The position numbers and the translations under genes are program-made. Shown here in pieces: positions 41,018 through 54,004 of a stretch of 64,000 nt of DNA. The DNA lies in NCBI GenBank assembly GCA_012295275.1, contig CM022678.1, positions 8,556,001-8,620,000 on the forward strand. The letters run 5' to 3'. The notes beneath the pieces are model-generated. The model saw nothing but the letters and a program-made list of their open reading frames with translations. It did not search any database and was not told the origin of the DNA. The DNA comes from Chrysomallon squamiferum (Eukaryota > Animalia > Mollusca). Within the stretch, counting starts at the first letter, position 1; every line of letters begins with the position of its first letter.

Positions 41018-42598
41018 GTTAAGAGTTTTACACATGTATGATGTGTTGTTATTTACTTATTAAATTGTTGTTTAAGAGTTTGTTTAGGTGTGTGTTAAGA
41101 GTTTTACACATGTATGATGTTTTGTTATTTACTTGTTAAATTGTTGTTTAAGAGTTTGTTTAGGTGTATTTAAATTTTTTTAACGTGTTGTGTTGTTGTT
41201 ATTTTATTAAATTGTTGTTTAAGAGTTTGTTTAGGTGTGTGTTAAGAGTTTTACACGTGTATGATGTGTTGTTATTTACTTGTTAAATTGTTGTTTAAGA
41301 GTTTGTTTAGGTGTGTGTTAAGAGTTTTACACATGTATGATGTGTTGTTATTTACTTATTAAATTGTTGTTTAAGAGTTTGTTTAGGTGTGTGTTAAGAG
41401 TTTTACACATGTATGATGTGTTGTTATTTACTTGTTAAATTGTTGTTTAAGAGTTTGTTTAGGTGTGTGTTAAGAGTTTTACACATGTATGATGTGTTGT
41501 TATTTACTTGTTAAATTGTTGTTTAAGAGTTTGTTTAGGTGTGTGTTAAGAGTTTTACACATGTATGATGTGTTGTTATTTACTTATTAAATTGTTGTTT
41601 TAGAGTTTGTTTAGATGTGTGTGTTAACAGTTTTACAGTGTGATGTGTTGTTATTTACTTATTAAATTGTTGTATGATTTGTTGTTATTTGTTAAGAGTT
41701 TAAATTGTTGTTTAAGAGTTTGTTTAGGTGTGTTGTCTTTAGAGTTTGTTTAGATGTGTGTTAAGTTTTACACGTGTATGATGTGTTGTTATTTACTTAT
41801 TAAATTGTTGTTTAAGAGTTTGTTTAGGTGTGTGTTAAGAGTTTTACACATGTATGATGTGTTGTTATTTACTTATTAAATTGTTGTTTAAGAGTTTGTT
41901 TAGGTGTGTTAACAGTTTTACACATGTATGATGTGTTGTTATTTACTTGTTAAATTGTTGTTTAAGAGTTTGTTTAGGTGTGTGTTAAGAGTTTTACACA
42001 TGTATGATGTGTTGTTATTTACTTGTTAAATTGTTGTTTAAGAGTTTGTTTAGGTGTGTGTTAAGAGTTTTACACGTGTATGATGTGTTGTTATTTACTT
42101 GTTAAATTGTTGTTTAAGAGTTTGTTTAGGTGTGTTTACACATTTGATGTTTGTGTTAAGAGTTTTTACACGTTTGTGATGTGTTGTTATTTACTTGTTA
42201 AATTGTTGTTTAAGAGTTTGTTTAGGTGTGTGTTTACTGTGTGTGTTAAGAGTTTTACACGTGTATGATGTGTTGTTATTTACTTGTTAAATTGTTGTTT
42301 AAGAGTTTGTTTAGATGTGTGTTTACCAGTGTGTTAAGAGTTTTACACGTGTATGATGTGTTGTTATTTACTTGTTAAATTGTTGTTTAAGAGTTTGTTT
42401 AGGTGTGTGTTTTTACTTTGTCTGTGTTTGTGTGTTAAGAGTTTTACACGTGTATGATGTGTTGTTATTTACTTGTTAAATTGTTGTTTAAGAGTTTGTT
42501 TAGATGTGTGTTTACCAGTGTGTTAAGAGTTTTACACGTGTATGATGTGTTGTTATTTACTTGTTAAATTGTTGTTTAAGAGTTTGTTTAGGTGTGTG
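41018..42598. repeat. 76-bp tandem minisatellite, about 20 copies
   Basis: Unit gttaagagttttacacatgtatgatgtgttgttatttacttgttaaattgttgtttaagagtttgtttaggtgtgt (41018, 41094, ...); later copies carry small insertions. Confidence 0.97.
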
Positions 42599-42611
42599 CT
42601 TACTTGTCTGT

Positions 42612-42848
42612 TAACAGCACGAATATGAACATTAACTGTAATAATTTTATCTACATACACAATCACACATACATACTGACATAAATACCCTCATATACAA
42701 ACACACACATAGATTATTCTCATTGTGCATTCTAAACGTAAAACAGAATATTGGTTCCTATATAAATAAACACAAATATATCTATAGCAACATTAACACA
42801 CAAATATGTTCATACAGATAGAAGCGGCCGCGCGCACACACACACACT

Positions 42849-42879
<31 letters not shown>

Positions 42880-42912
42880 GTGCATTAAACTACTGTTATA
42901 TTTGCTTTTCTT
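42612..42912 (+). repeat. Dispersed ~300-bp direct repeat, copy 2
   Basis: Matches 35564-35866; begins immediately after the 76-bp array. Confidence 0.85.
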
Positions 42913-44147
42913 CTTCTTCTCCTTCGTCTTATTGCTAATATTATTATTATAATTATTATAACTATTATTATTAATATGATTACTACTACTACCACTACTA
43001 CTACCACTACTACTACTACTACTGCTACTACTACTGCTACTACTACTACTTGGCTTAAGTGTTATTTGAATGTAGCTTGTTATGAAGAACTTTTTCAATC
43101 CTCATAGTTTAGTTAACAGTGAGGTAACAACAAAATAAAAAATAAAAAATAAAAAATAAAAACACAACAAATTTGAAACACGCTTTGAGATTTTTATTTA
43201 CAGATACCTGCCTGTTTACAGCAACAAGGTAAGGCTATCAGTATCACAGCCAATATTCAAGTGTAAAAAGCAAATACAAGAAATCGTGAAACAAAAATTA
43301 CAAAAAGAAAACAAACAGAATGATGCATGATGTTACAGGCTTATAGATAATTATATTTGACACAAGCAATTATTATTATTTTTTAAATATGATTCGTTAA
43401 ATGATTACAATAATATGTAACATCAATTTCAAAATTATTGGTTGTAAATAATAATGAATATTAAATGAAATTAAGTGAAATGTATATATATATTATATGT
43501 ATCTAAATGCAATGCAAACAATAACTGGAATCAGACTGAATTCATATGAAAATGGAGAGAAAAAAATTACATTTTTACTCAAATGCAATGAAAATACTTT
43601 ATGAATGAAAATATCGTGGGAAAAATCAGGATAGGGGGAATAACTTATGATGATATCTCACATTTGGATATGTAAGGAAAAATAAATTAAAATAATGATA
43701 AAATAAATAAAATGAAATATATATATCTAAAATTAAATTCAAAATATTGTGAATCCAGTTTCATTCTATATCAACATCACTAAAATTAATTTTTAGCTAG
43801 GACCAAAAAATAAAAAAATATAACAAAAACAAACAAAATTAATTAAAAATATTTAATCTATGCATTCTATAATATAGCTAAAACAAACCAGTGTAACATT
43901 AGATTTAACTATTATTATTTATTTTATATTCTATTTTTATTTTACAGATGTATTTTTTCTTATTATATTTTACATATTATTAATTATTGTTCATTGATAT
44001 TTTTTTTTACTAAAACAAGACACTCAGAAATTAATATTACTTTTTACTTTAAATTTATAAAACAAAATTAATAATAATCATTATTATTAAAATGATGAAG
44101 ATAGGAATAATATTTTACAATTTTGCATAGAATTTAAAATAATAATT

Positions 44148-44184
<37 letters not shown>

Positions 44185-45152
44185 TAATTATTATTATTAT
44201 TATTATTATTATTGTTATTATTAAAAAAAATATAAAAAGTTTGCTGATCTTTCTGTTTAAATTTAAAGTATTTTACAGAATTAAATTTCTCTGGTACAGT
44301 AGATATCACTTTTAACACACAATAAATAAAATAAATATGGAAGCCATTCTAAGAATCACAACTCTATGCAAACACAACATGTAAAAACTAAACACTAAGT
44401 TGCTGTCACAATTTGCTAATAAAGTCACATTGTAATCACACTTGAACAATTCTCAGATGGAAACTTGATGAATGTGACCCCTGACCTTGTTATGTGTGTA
44501 TGTGCATGTGTGTGTTCTTGTGTGTGAATTTGTTTTTGTCCTGGTATATAAGCGTGTGTGTGTACATTGTGTAAGGTGTGTTTTGATATGTAAATGTGTA
44601 TGTTTGTGTAAATGTGTGTGTGAATTTTTAATTTTTGGGGTCCTTATGAATGTATGGTGTGTGTTTGTGTTCTTGTGTGGATATCTAGATGTGTATATTG
44701 TGTTGTGTGTGTTTGATGTGTAAGGTCTGTGTATGTGTGTCTGTGTACATGGATATTGAGTGTATGTGTAGATGTATGAGTCTTTGTCTGTGCATTTCTC
44801 ACAACTCAAAAACCAGAAACAAATAAAATGAAGTAAGAAAAAACCCACATTGCAATATAATGCAATAAAATGTATAATGAAAGAAAAAAATTATTTAACA
44901 AAATAATTTTACAAACTACTGCAAAAATTGAAAGAAAATCTTTTTGAAAAGCTTGGTGTTTTCATTGTAAAGATAGTAAAGAAAGAAACGAAAAAATAGA
45001 ACACTGTCCAAAGGAGGCAAAAACATAAAAATTGTAGAAAACATTTGTCATCATAAATTGTAACCATGACAACAATGTAAAGAGCCAACTGCTGCTGCAG
45101 CTGCTGATGATGTCAGGATGATGGTGACGTGTGTTGTGAGATCTACGTTTTC

Positions 45153-45679
45153 CTAATACACTTTCTTTGACGTTGCTGGTGGTTTCCCAGTCTTCCAGAG
45201 AGAATTATGAATAACAACAGCATCAATGGACACAGATAAATGTTTGCTTGATGTCAGTGGAACTTTTAGCCCTAGAATTATATCTGTGAGAAAAACAAAA
45301 TCATATTAATTAATTTATTACATGGTAATTAATAAGTAAAACAATAATTCATTAGTATTGACTCATTCCTAATCAGAAAGCATTCTTAAAAACACATTTA
45401 CATTCACTGAAATATTTTAATCTTAAGCAGTCAGTTCTGTGACATAATTAATAAATTATTAAAAAAAAAAAAAATATAAGAAAAGAACTTAAAACTAAAT
45501 GAAGTATTTGGTTTTTATTAATAAGAAATTATATATTGATACATTTTTTATCCTCACTATCTAATCACACCACTGATTAAGTTCTTGTTATAGGCTCTAT
45601 CATTTTTTTTATTGAGAAACACAAAAATTTAAATTTTATTTGGTCAGTATAAAAGTTCACCTAATTATTTTCAGTTTAT

Positions 45680-45737
<58 letters not shown>

Positions 45738-48700
45738 TAACTAATTAGTAAATACATTATTTGCAAACACATATTTTAGATTATATTAATGAGCTGCATG
45801 TTGAGAAATGTACAAATTTATAAAAATGAAGACAGATTTAAAATAATATAAAAATAAACTTTCTTATCAAAACTACTTATTTATATAGCAGTGTACATGA
45901 TGTTAGACATAAAAATATATTAAATATGTGCTTACTTATAAAAGTATTTATTTATGTAGCAATACCTACTATGACAGTTTAAAATATTAAATATGTATAC
46001 TCACTTATAAAACCTATGAATCATTTTATTGGTAATTTCTTTAGGTCCCACACCAGAAATTTTGATAACTTCGTCTGTTTCGGGTGTGAAAGAATATAGA
46101 GCCCTGTACTGACATCCTCCATCTCGGAACAGAATTACAAAGTGTTTAGCATCAGACTTAGCCAGTTCCTAGATACACAAACAAACAAACAAATAAATAA
46201 ACAAATAAACAAACAAACAAACAAAACAAACAAAAAAACAAAAATAAAAAAAATAAACAAACAAACAAAATAAATAAACAAAAAAAAAAAAATAAAAAAA
46301 AAAAAAATAAATAAAAAACTGATAAACAAAAAAAAAAAAAAAAAAAAAAATAAAAATACATATTTGGTATTTACATAAAGGATTCAAAAGTAGCTAAAGC
46401 TGATTTTGCTTTGCAATAATAACAAACAGTATAAAATTAAAGTCATTACTGATAAAATTATAGACACTCACACCTATCCTGTAGATTTATTCCACTCTGA
46501 GGTATTTCTATAATTCTACAACAATTAATAACAATGACCTGTCAGTGAAAATACCTCAGCACATGGTGATCAGACTTAGAAATGTATGTTGTCACTGGAA
46601 CAAAACAAAAACACACAATAATAACAAACAACAGTAAAATACTGTACATTAACAAGAGTAGGATAAATCAGAAAAAAGAATTAATTCACTTATAAAATCT
46701 ATCTGTTTCTTATTATTGTTTGTTTTTTTTAAAGACAATCAAATATAATGAAAGAATAATTCTACAAGAAAATTAAATGAAGTGTATGAGATAGAAGTAT
46801 GTATTAAGTGTCACCTCTAAAACTTTGTTTTTCAGTCTGTGTTGACGATGCCTGCGAGGCAGCAGTGGCTGATGGCGTTGAGGATGATGTGATGATTAGA
46901 TTTAGAACTTGGCTTCACGTACAGCTTTGGTCCTGTTCAAACAAAGAAACAACAACACTGACAAACTAAACACTGTGATTAATTTAGGATTTAAAAAATG
47001 AATAAAGTGTTTTTTTTATAGGTTTAGAAATGTTACTGTCCTATCCTGACTGAAAGAAATTTAAATATATTTTACAATCTTTTTAATGTGAAAGGATAAG
47101 AATGTGTTCAATTTAAAAATTAAAAATTCAGTTTCACAATACTGTGAAGCAATTCCTAACAGTTAAAATTGATAAAAAAAAGTAAAAAGTATGTGTGCAT
47201 CTAATATTATATTTTATGATATTCACAGCTACTCATACTGAGAATAACAAAAACAACAATAATAAAAGTATTAATAATGATGATGTAGTAATAAATTTGC
47301 TTTTAATAATAGAGTTATCTAACCTGAATATTCACCAGCTTCACTTCCATCCATTCTCGGAGTTCTTCTTCCTAACCGGTACAAGTCTGAAAAAATAAAA
47401 AAAAAAAAAAAAATAAATTAAAACAAATTAGTATTAGCTATAAATCCATAAATAATTATGAACTTTGTAAAATAAAAAGTAAGCATCAAGTACATGGTTC
47501 TAGGAGAGGTTTATGATGTAATGGAGTTAGACTGCAGAATCCTGTTGTCACCACAAATTGTATAATTTATATTGTTTATGATTAATGTACCTGGAGATGC
47601 TGTCACATGACACAAATTTATATTGTTTATGATTAATGTACCTGGAGATGCTGTCACATGACACAAATTTATATTGTTTATGATTAATGTACCTGGAGAT
47701 GCTGTCACATGACACAAATTTATATTGTTTATGATTAATGTACCTGGAGATGCTGTCACATGACACAAATTTATATTGTTTATGATTAATGTACCTGGAG
47801 ATGGTGTCACATGACACAAATTTATATTGTTTATGATTAATGTACCTGGAGATGGTGTCACATGACACAAATTTATATTGTTTATGATTAATGTACCTGG
47901 AGATGGAGGTCTTCTGTATGTGGCTCCCCCTGTCTGCCTGTTTTGTGTAAGTACATTGCAGCAAACTAACAGAAAAACAAAAACAAAACAATTTAAAAGC
48001 TTGTGTTATATTACTTGAAATCTCAAAAACAATTAATGACATAATGATGGATAAATAAATAAATAAATCAATCAATCAATAAATAATTTTATTTTAAGAA
48101 AAAATTAAAAATAGAAAAAGAACAGAACAGAAAAATCAAAATACTAACTATATAACAAAGAGAGAAAACTGAAGATGAAAACTGATACTTTTCAAGTTTA
48201 ATTACAAATAATAATAATGATAATAATATTAAACATCAAATAATAATAATAAACATTAAACAAATAATTTAAAAAAATTCGAAAGTTGCAAACAAATAGA
48301 TTATCTATTCTACATTATAAATACTACCAGTAATAATTAATGCTTTATCTCATCATTAATTTATTGTAACAATTAACCACTTACTAAGTTCAGTAATAAA
48401 TTTTACATGAAAATTAATTAAACTCTCCAGATAGTGTTTTGACTGTACATGTATGTAATAACATATATCAATAAATCTTAAACACATACATTTAGCAATG
48501 GTTTAATTTAGATTTGACAATAATAATTAGCAGGTCAGTAAAAATAAGAAAATTAATAAACAAGCTAATTTAACCAAAACATAACCTGCAAATAAAGATT
48601 TAAAATATAATTTCACATAAAAGATAATTTATGATATAACAGCCCTGTAATAATAACTAATATTATAAATCTAGACTGACAATGATGATAATGAAGAGGA

Positions 48701-49152
48701 TTAAAATGGAGACATTTACATCACAATACATGAAGATGTTGTAGATGATAAATCAATTAATCTCTAAATAAATGATGTTATTAAAAATAGAAATAAATAA
48801 TAACAACAAAAATAAAAAAAAAAAAAAATAAAAATAAAATAAATAAATAAATAAATAATAATAAAATGGTGATTTCTAATTATATTATTTTGATGCATCT
48901 TTCTAAATCTACATGGTATAAAGTCTGCAACTTCTGCTTACATTTCTATGTGTACTTTGGCAAATATTAAATAGTCTCTTTCCAATTAAAAATGCTTTTA
49001 GTATGAGTTAAAAAGTGAAATTTTTTACTAATGGTATATTTAAAACAATAAATTAATAATCTGATACATAAACAAAAATGTATAACCTGGGTGTTTCATG
49101 CAGTAGCATGGTGCTAAAAGCTTTTAAAAAGCTTTATCAAGTTTATGTGTCT

Positions 49153-49187
<35 letters not shown>

Positions 49188-49580
49188 TGGATAAGCGAAT
49201 GAAAGTTTTGTAAATATGCAAACAGAATTAAACTAAGAGCAGAAAGACTTTTCACATAATATTAATAATAATAAAACAAAAGCAAAAATGGAAAGAAAAA
49301 TCTGTAAGGCAAAGAACTAGTTAAAATTTTAAATGAAGGGCTGATGATAATTTTTGTTAATTTTTATTAAAACTTTAAATGAAGGGCTGATGATAATTTT
49401 TGTTAATTTTTAGCATAAAAGCTGAATATATCTGATGGTCCAAATGGCCTAAATGTATTTTGTTCATGTTTACTGTTTTCATTTTTTCTGTTCACCAAAG
49501 TGTTTTCTAATAATAAAGTGTATATCAATGAACTTTATAAACAACTTTCTTTGTTTTCATATCTCTGTATCACTTGAGAA

Positions 49581-49612
<32 letters not shown>

Positions 49613-51919
49613 CACATTAAACATATTCAGATTGAGTAAATTATCACAAAATGCTGGCATACACTCTATTACTGATTTCTGTATAAAATAATTATGGGTA
49701 CCAGAAACCACAAAACTATTAGAATACAAAATACATTTAGGATGTTTGTGATTTTCTAGATGTGGATGAGAACAAACCTGCTTTTCTCATATTGCCACAA
49801 GGTGAACCAATACGAAAGTGAGAAGGCTGGGAGGCTGAAACAAGCAAACAAACCAATGCAACGAAAAAACAGAAAGAAAACAAAAGATTGAAAATAAAAT
49901 AAAGTAAAAAATTCCTTTACCAAAATCATGCAGGAAGCAAATAAGTGACTAACTTTCTTTGGTTGATTTTTTTCTCTGGTTAATTATTTTAAATGATAAT
50001 AATAATAATAATAATAACACCCATTTGTCACTTTAAATAAATTCAGATTTGAGATCATTCCAAAACTTCTTATACTTTTAAAATGAAAACAATTAAAAGA
50101 AAGATAAAAAAAAGGAAACAAAACCGCATTTATAAGAAAAACAGAAATTAAATAACGTCACTTATTTTATTCCTGACATACAGATAAAAAAAAAAAAAAA
50201 ATACATAAAGAGACACTGTATAGTGTTAGTTTGGTTAAATTCTACTCATTTCTTGCCTTTTTGAAGAGATTAACAAATTTCTATCTTTTATTAAAGATCA
50301 GTGAGATTAAAAACACTTTTCCTTATATCTTTAAAGGTAAATTTTTTAAAAGATTTCCAAAACAAAATGTGAAGTTTTCATTTTTACGGTTGTTCTGTAG
50401 AAGATGGATAGGGTAAAAAGAGTTTCTAAGCTGAATCTATTTTAATAGTGACAAAATAACTAAAAGACTACTTAATAAAAACTGCATGTACTGAATACAT
50501 TTTTCTAGTAAAACTAAAATCAAAATGGCTGATCATGTAGTTCTTCAGGTTCAGAACAAAACAGATACTCCTATATTTTATTTTTCTTATTGATAAAATT
50601 AAACTAAATTATAGCAAAGATATAATCTCCTCAAGCAGGCAAGAAATTTCATGAAAGGTGTCAGCATAAAATCAAGGAAAGTTCCCTGATTATTTTTGAT
50701 CTGTCAGAAGAGAATACTAATCTATTTCTGGTTGGCATAGCATTGTTTTCATATTTTAATAATTAATTCTGCTTTTTAGTTGTTGTTTTTTTCACCTCAA
50801 AGTAAAATTATAAATTTAAATTTTGTTTTTATTTTTATTTATTTATTATTTTTTAATGCTTTTCTCTGCATTTTGATTTTTCCTTGCTTCAGTTAGATTT
50901 TTTTTTGATAAACTTTACAAGGAGACTACATCTGTAGACAGCTTTATTGTAACTGACAAAGATTTGAAGATGTAAAAGCCAAAGTATTTTGTCTAATCTA
51001 CAAAATTAATGGAAATTTGAATTCTTATATGCAGTGGAGAATACAGATTCATTAGAAAGCATGAAGAGATAAATAAAAATAAAAGATAAAATTTGTATTG
51101 AAATAAAAACATCAACAGAAAAATAAATTTTATGAATATTAGTAATAAGTAATTGTACTAAAAAGAAGAATAAATGAACAGAAAGAAAATAAAATAATAA
51201 AATAAATAAGAGAATAAAATTTAATAACATAATTGTATATATAAATTTAATAAAAATATCATCAAATTTTGTATTATTTTTTCCAGTTAAATAATTTTAA
51301 TAATAAAGATATCTAATATAAAAAGATAATCGGGAAATTTTGTATTAGTTTTTGTGTCAGTTAAATAATACCTTATTTAAATATACAAAATGCAATTAGC
51401 ATAAATCTGTTTTCTTCTCACTCTCTCTTCTGCTTTCTTCTGTTCTGCATCCTCCTGTTTCAATCTGCAATGAGCACAGTATTGCTATGAATGAATAAAT
51501 ATACAAATGGATAATGAAAGCAATCTGGAATTAACAAGTACTAATATGAATGAGTAAATGTACCAGTGGATAATTAATTCAAATTAAAAAGGAAAAGGTG
51601 CAGTCTAGCCAAATGGAGTTTCCTTCAATATTCTCTCAAAACAACTATTTTAAATGTTTTTTTTTTTTATATTGACACAACTGATTTGATTTTACACATT
51701 CTGAAATTGTTTAACTGGAAACATACTAAACACATTTTAGATTGTTTTGTTTGTGTATCCATCATAAGTGTATATTAACAAAATAAAAAAATAAAGCAAG
51801 TTTCTATCATCTATTCAAATTGTACAGTAGTAATACTATTCAAATAAATGTCATTTCATTTACTATGATTAGTAAAGGAATCCATTATTCAGATTTCGCA
51901 AAGGACAATACATGGAACA

Positions 51920-51956
<37 letters not shown>

Positions 51957-53195
51957 AATATATATATAACTGGACTGTATTTGGTGGCAAAAGAGAGCTA
52001 TAAATATAAACTATAATCAAACATTTTACTACTACTCTTCATAAAATGTGTGAAAGTAAATTTTTTAATTTATCATTTACAAATTTTTTTAATTGATCAT
52101 TTACCTCTCTCTTTCTCTCTGTTCCATTAATTCCATTTCTTTTTCCAGTCTTTATCTTTCCTGTTCTTCTTTTCTCTTCATTTGTCTCTCCACCAGTCTG
52201 TCTTTCTTTGACATCATTTCCTGTTCACTGGTCTGAAATGTTTATCAACAACATAAAGTTGTAAGAGTAACCTTTAACAAAAATTAACACCTAAAAAGAA
52301 AAATAATAATAATAAAAAAAATAACTATCCCTTGTCTGAAATAAAAACCATTAGAATTTACCATATTTTTTCAAAATATAAAATGAAGAAAGTAAATTAA
52401 CTTTAACTGAGTGAAACAAACTCTATTTACTAGAAAAAAATAAAAAAAGATTTCAAATTTTAATATTTAACAAGATAATAAATGTAAAATAAATAAATAA
52501 ATAAAAACAACAGCATACCTGATGGTTGGAACAACACATTCTACTGAAACCACTTCAGTGGCATATGCCAACATCAGCACATCAATTAGAGCTATATGTA
52601 CATTCTGAAAGAAAAAAAAAAATAAAATAATAATAATAATAACATTATAATAAAAATAATACAAAGCAGTTATAAATAAATAACTAATACTTCTGTGAAA
52701 ATTTAAATTTAACTTTATTATTCAGACAAAGTAGGCTGTGGGATATCTTCAATATACTTTGTTATTAATAAATAATGTAACATAATTATTATAATATTAA
52801 ACTGATTACAAAACAATAGAAAATAAGTGATTTTTATTACACTATTTTATAATCAATAAAGAGTATCTACAAAACTTATTTTACTCTCTAAGACACAAAA
52901 ATAAAATTAAAAAGTTACATCTCAGAACGGTGCAGTCTGCAAAAGAATGGTTTCTGTAACAGGTGATTCATCCTTAGAACTCCATGATGAAAATTTCCTT
53001 TCTTGACAGACCAGAATAATAATGCATTATGCAGTGATACGAAAAATAGCAATACCAATAGTAAATATAATGTTTATTATGTTTTGTAAGAACATGAGTT
53101 TTGTTATCAAACTACATTTGTCAGATAAATGCATTTTTCTCTACTTATTATCGTTTGTGAATGTTATAATAAATGTATTTACATATGAAATTGCC

Positions 53196-53241
<46 letters not shown>

Positions 53242-53297
53242 CTCTCTCTCTCTCTCTCTTTCTGACAGTACAATCAATCTTGTTTACCTCGATCCAT
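45153..53297 (-). pseudogene. CAMSAP: CAMSAP/patronin unprocessed pseudogene, right copy including CKK-domain exons
   Basis: Exons: 53297-53288; about 53038-52919; 52604-52519; 52232-52105 (TAA at 52152-52154); 51464 to about 51403 (truncated by deletion); 49834-49778; 47965-47897 (..YRRPPSP); 47386-47324 (..AGEYS); 46932-46815 (GPKLYVKPSSKSNHHIILNAISHCCLAGIVNTD, then frameshift before KNKVLE); 46168-46005 (ELAKSDAKHFVILFRDGGCQYRALYSFTPETDEVIKISGVGPKEITNKMIHRFYK); 45283-45153 (YNS..frameshift..KHLSVSIDAVVIHNSLWKTGKPPATSKKVY*). These match the known CKK domain. Confidence 0.92.
47565..47905. repeat. 51-bp tandem repeat, about 6.7 copies, spanning a splice donor
   Basis: Unit tttatattgtttatgattaatgtacctggagatg(c/g)tgtcacatgacacaaa; on the minus strand each copy contains TCTCCAG|GTACAT. 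Confidence 0.95.
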
Positions 53298-53956
53298 GGC
53301 TGAAAAGTGCGAATATTTCCGCATCCGATTCACACCTGGATTCGCACAAACATGAAACATCCCAATCCATTTGGATTCTCGTGAAATATTTCCAAAATTC
53401 TATTAAATTGAATAATCAACAAGTAACACGTTGCCGAATTAAAAATAAAAATAAACTGGCTGTCAAACATCAGTTCATACTGGTTTGAAAAGCGTAGCAC
53501 ACATTTGAATCCGTTTATGTTCGAAACATCGTGGTTTATCGAGACTGGTCTGGCCTTAACCTAATTTTATTTAGTATTTAAGAAGTTATTAATTTGTTTA
53601 TTCTTACAAAACTTATTACAAAATTTGTAGAAATTAATTCTGGTTTCAGACCAAAATGTGATTTCCTTTCTATAGTCGCAGCCACAGTAAAACTTCTGGT
53701 GTTTAAAGAAGTATTTCTCTGTCAGATTATCTCAAGTATGCATGCATTTTACTATTTGCAATTAACACAGGTTTGGTAAATTAGGACAATTATAATTTAT
53801 TCATTTCTGAGTTAAAAATGAAATTAAGAAAAATAACCATAATAATTATAAATAACATTAATATTAATAAATAAATAATTGCGATAATAATTTTAAAAAA
53901 ATAATAATAAATAATAAAATAAATTATTAAAATAAAATAAAGTTAAATTAAAAAAG

Positions 53957-54004
<48 letters not shown>

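Noticed and set aside
45153-46932. Functional stand-alone CKK-domain gene
   Set aside because: Two of the three CKK exons carry frameshifts and upstream exons have stops and deletions. Sequencing error cannot be fully excluded but is unlikely to explain all the lesions.
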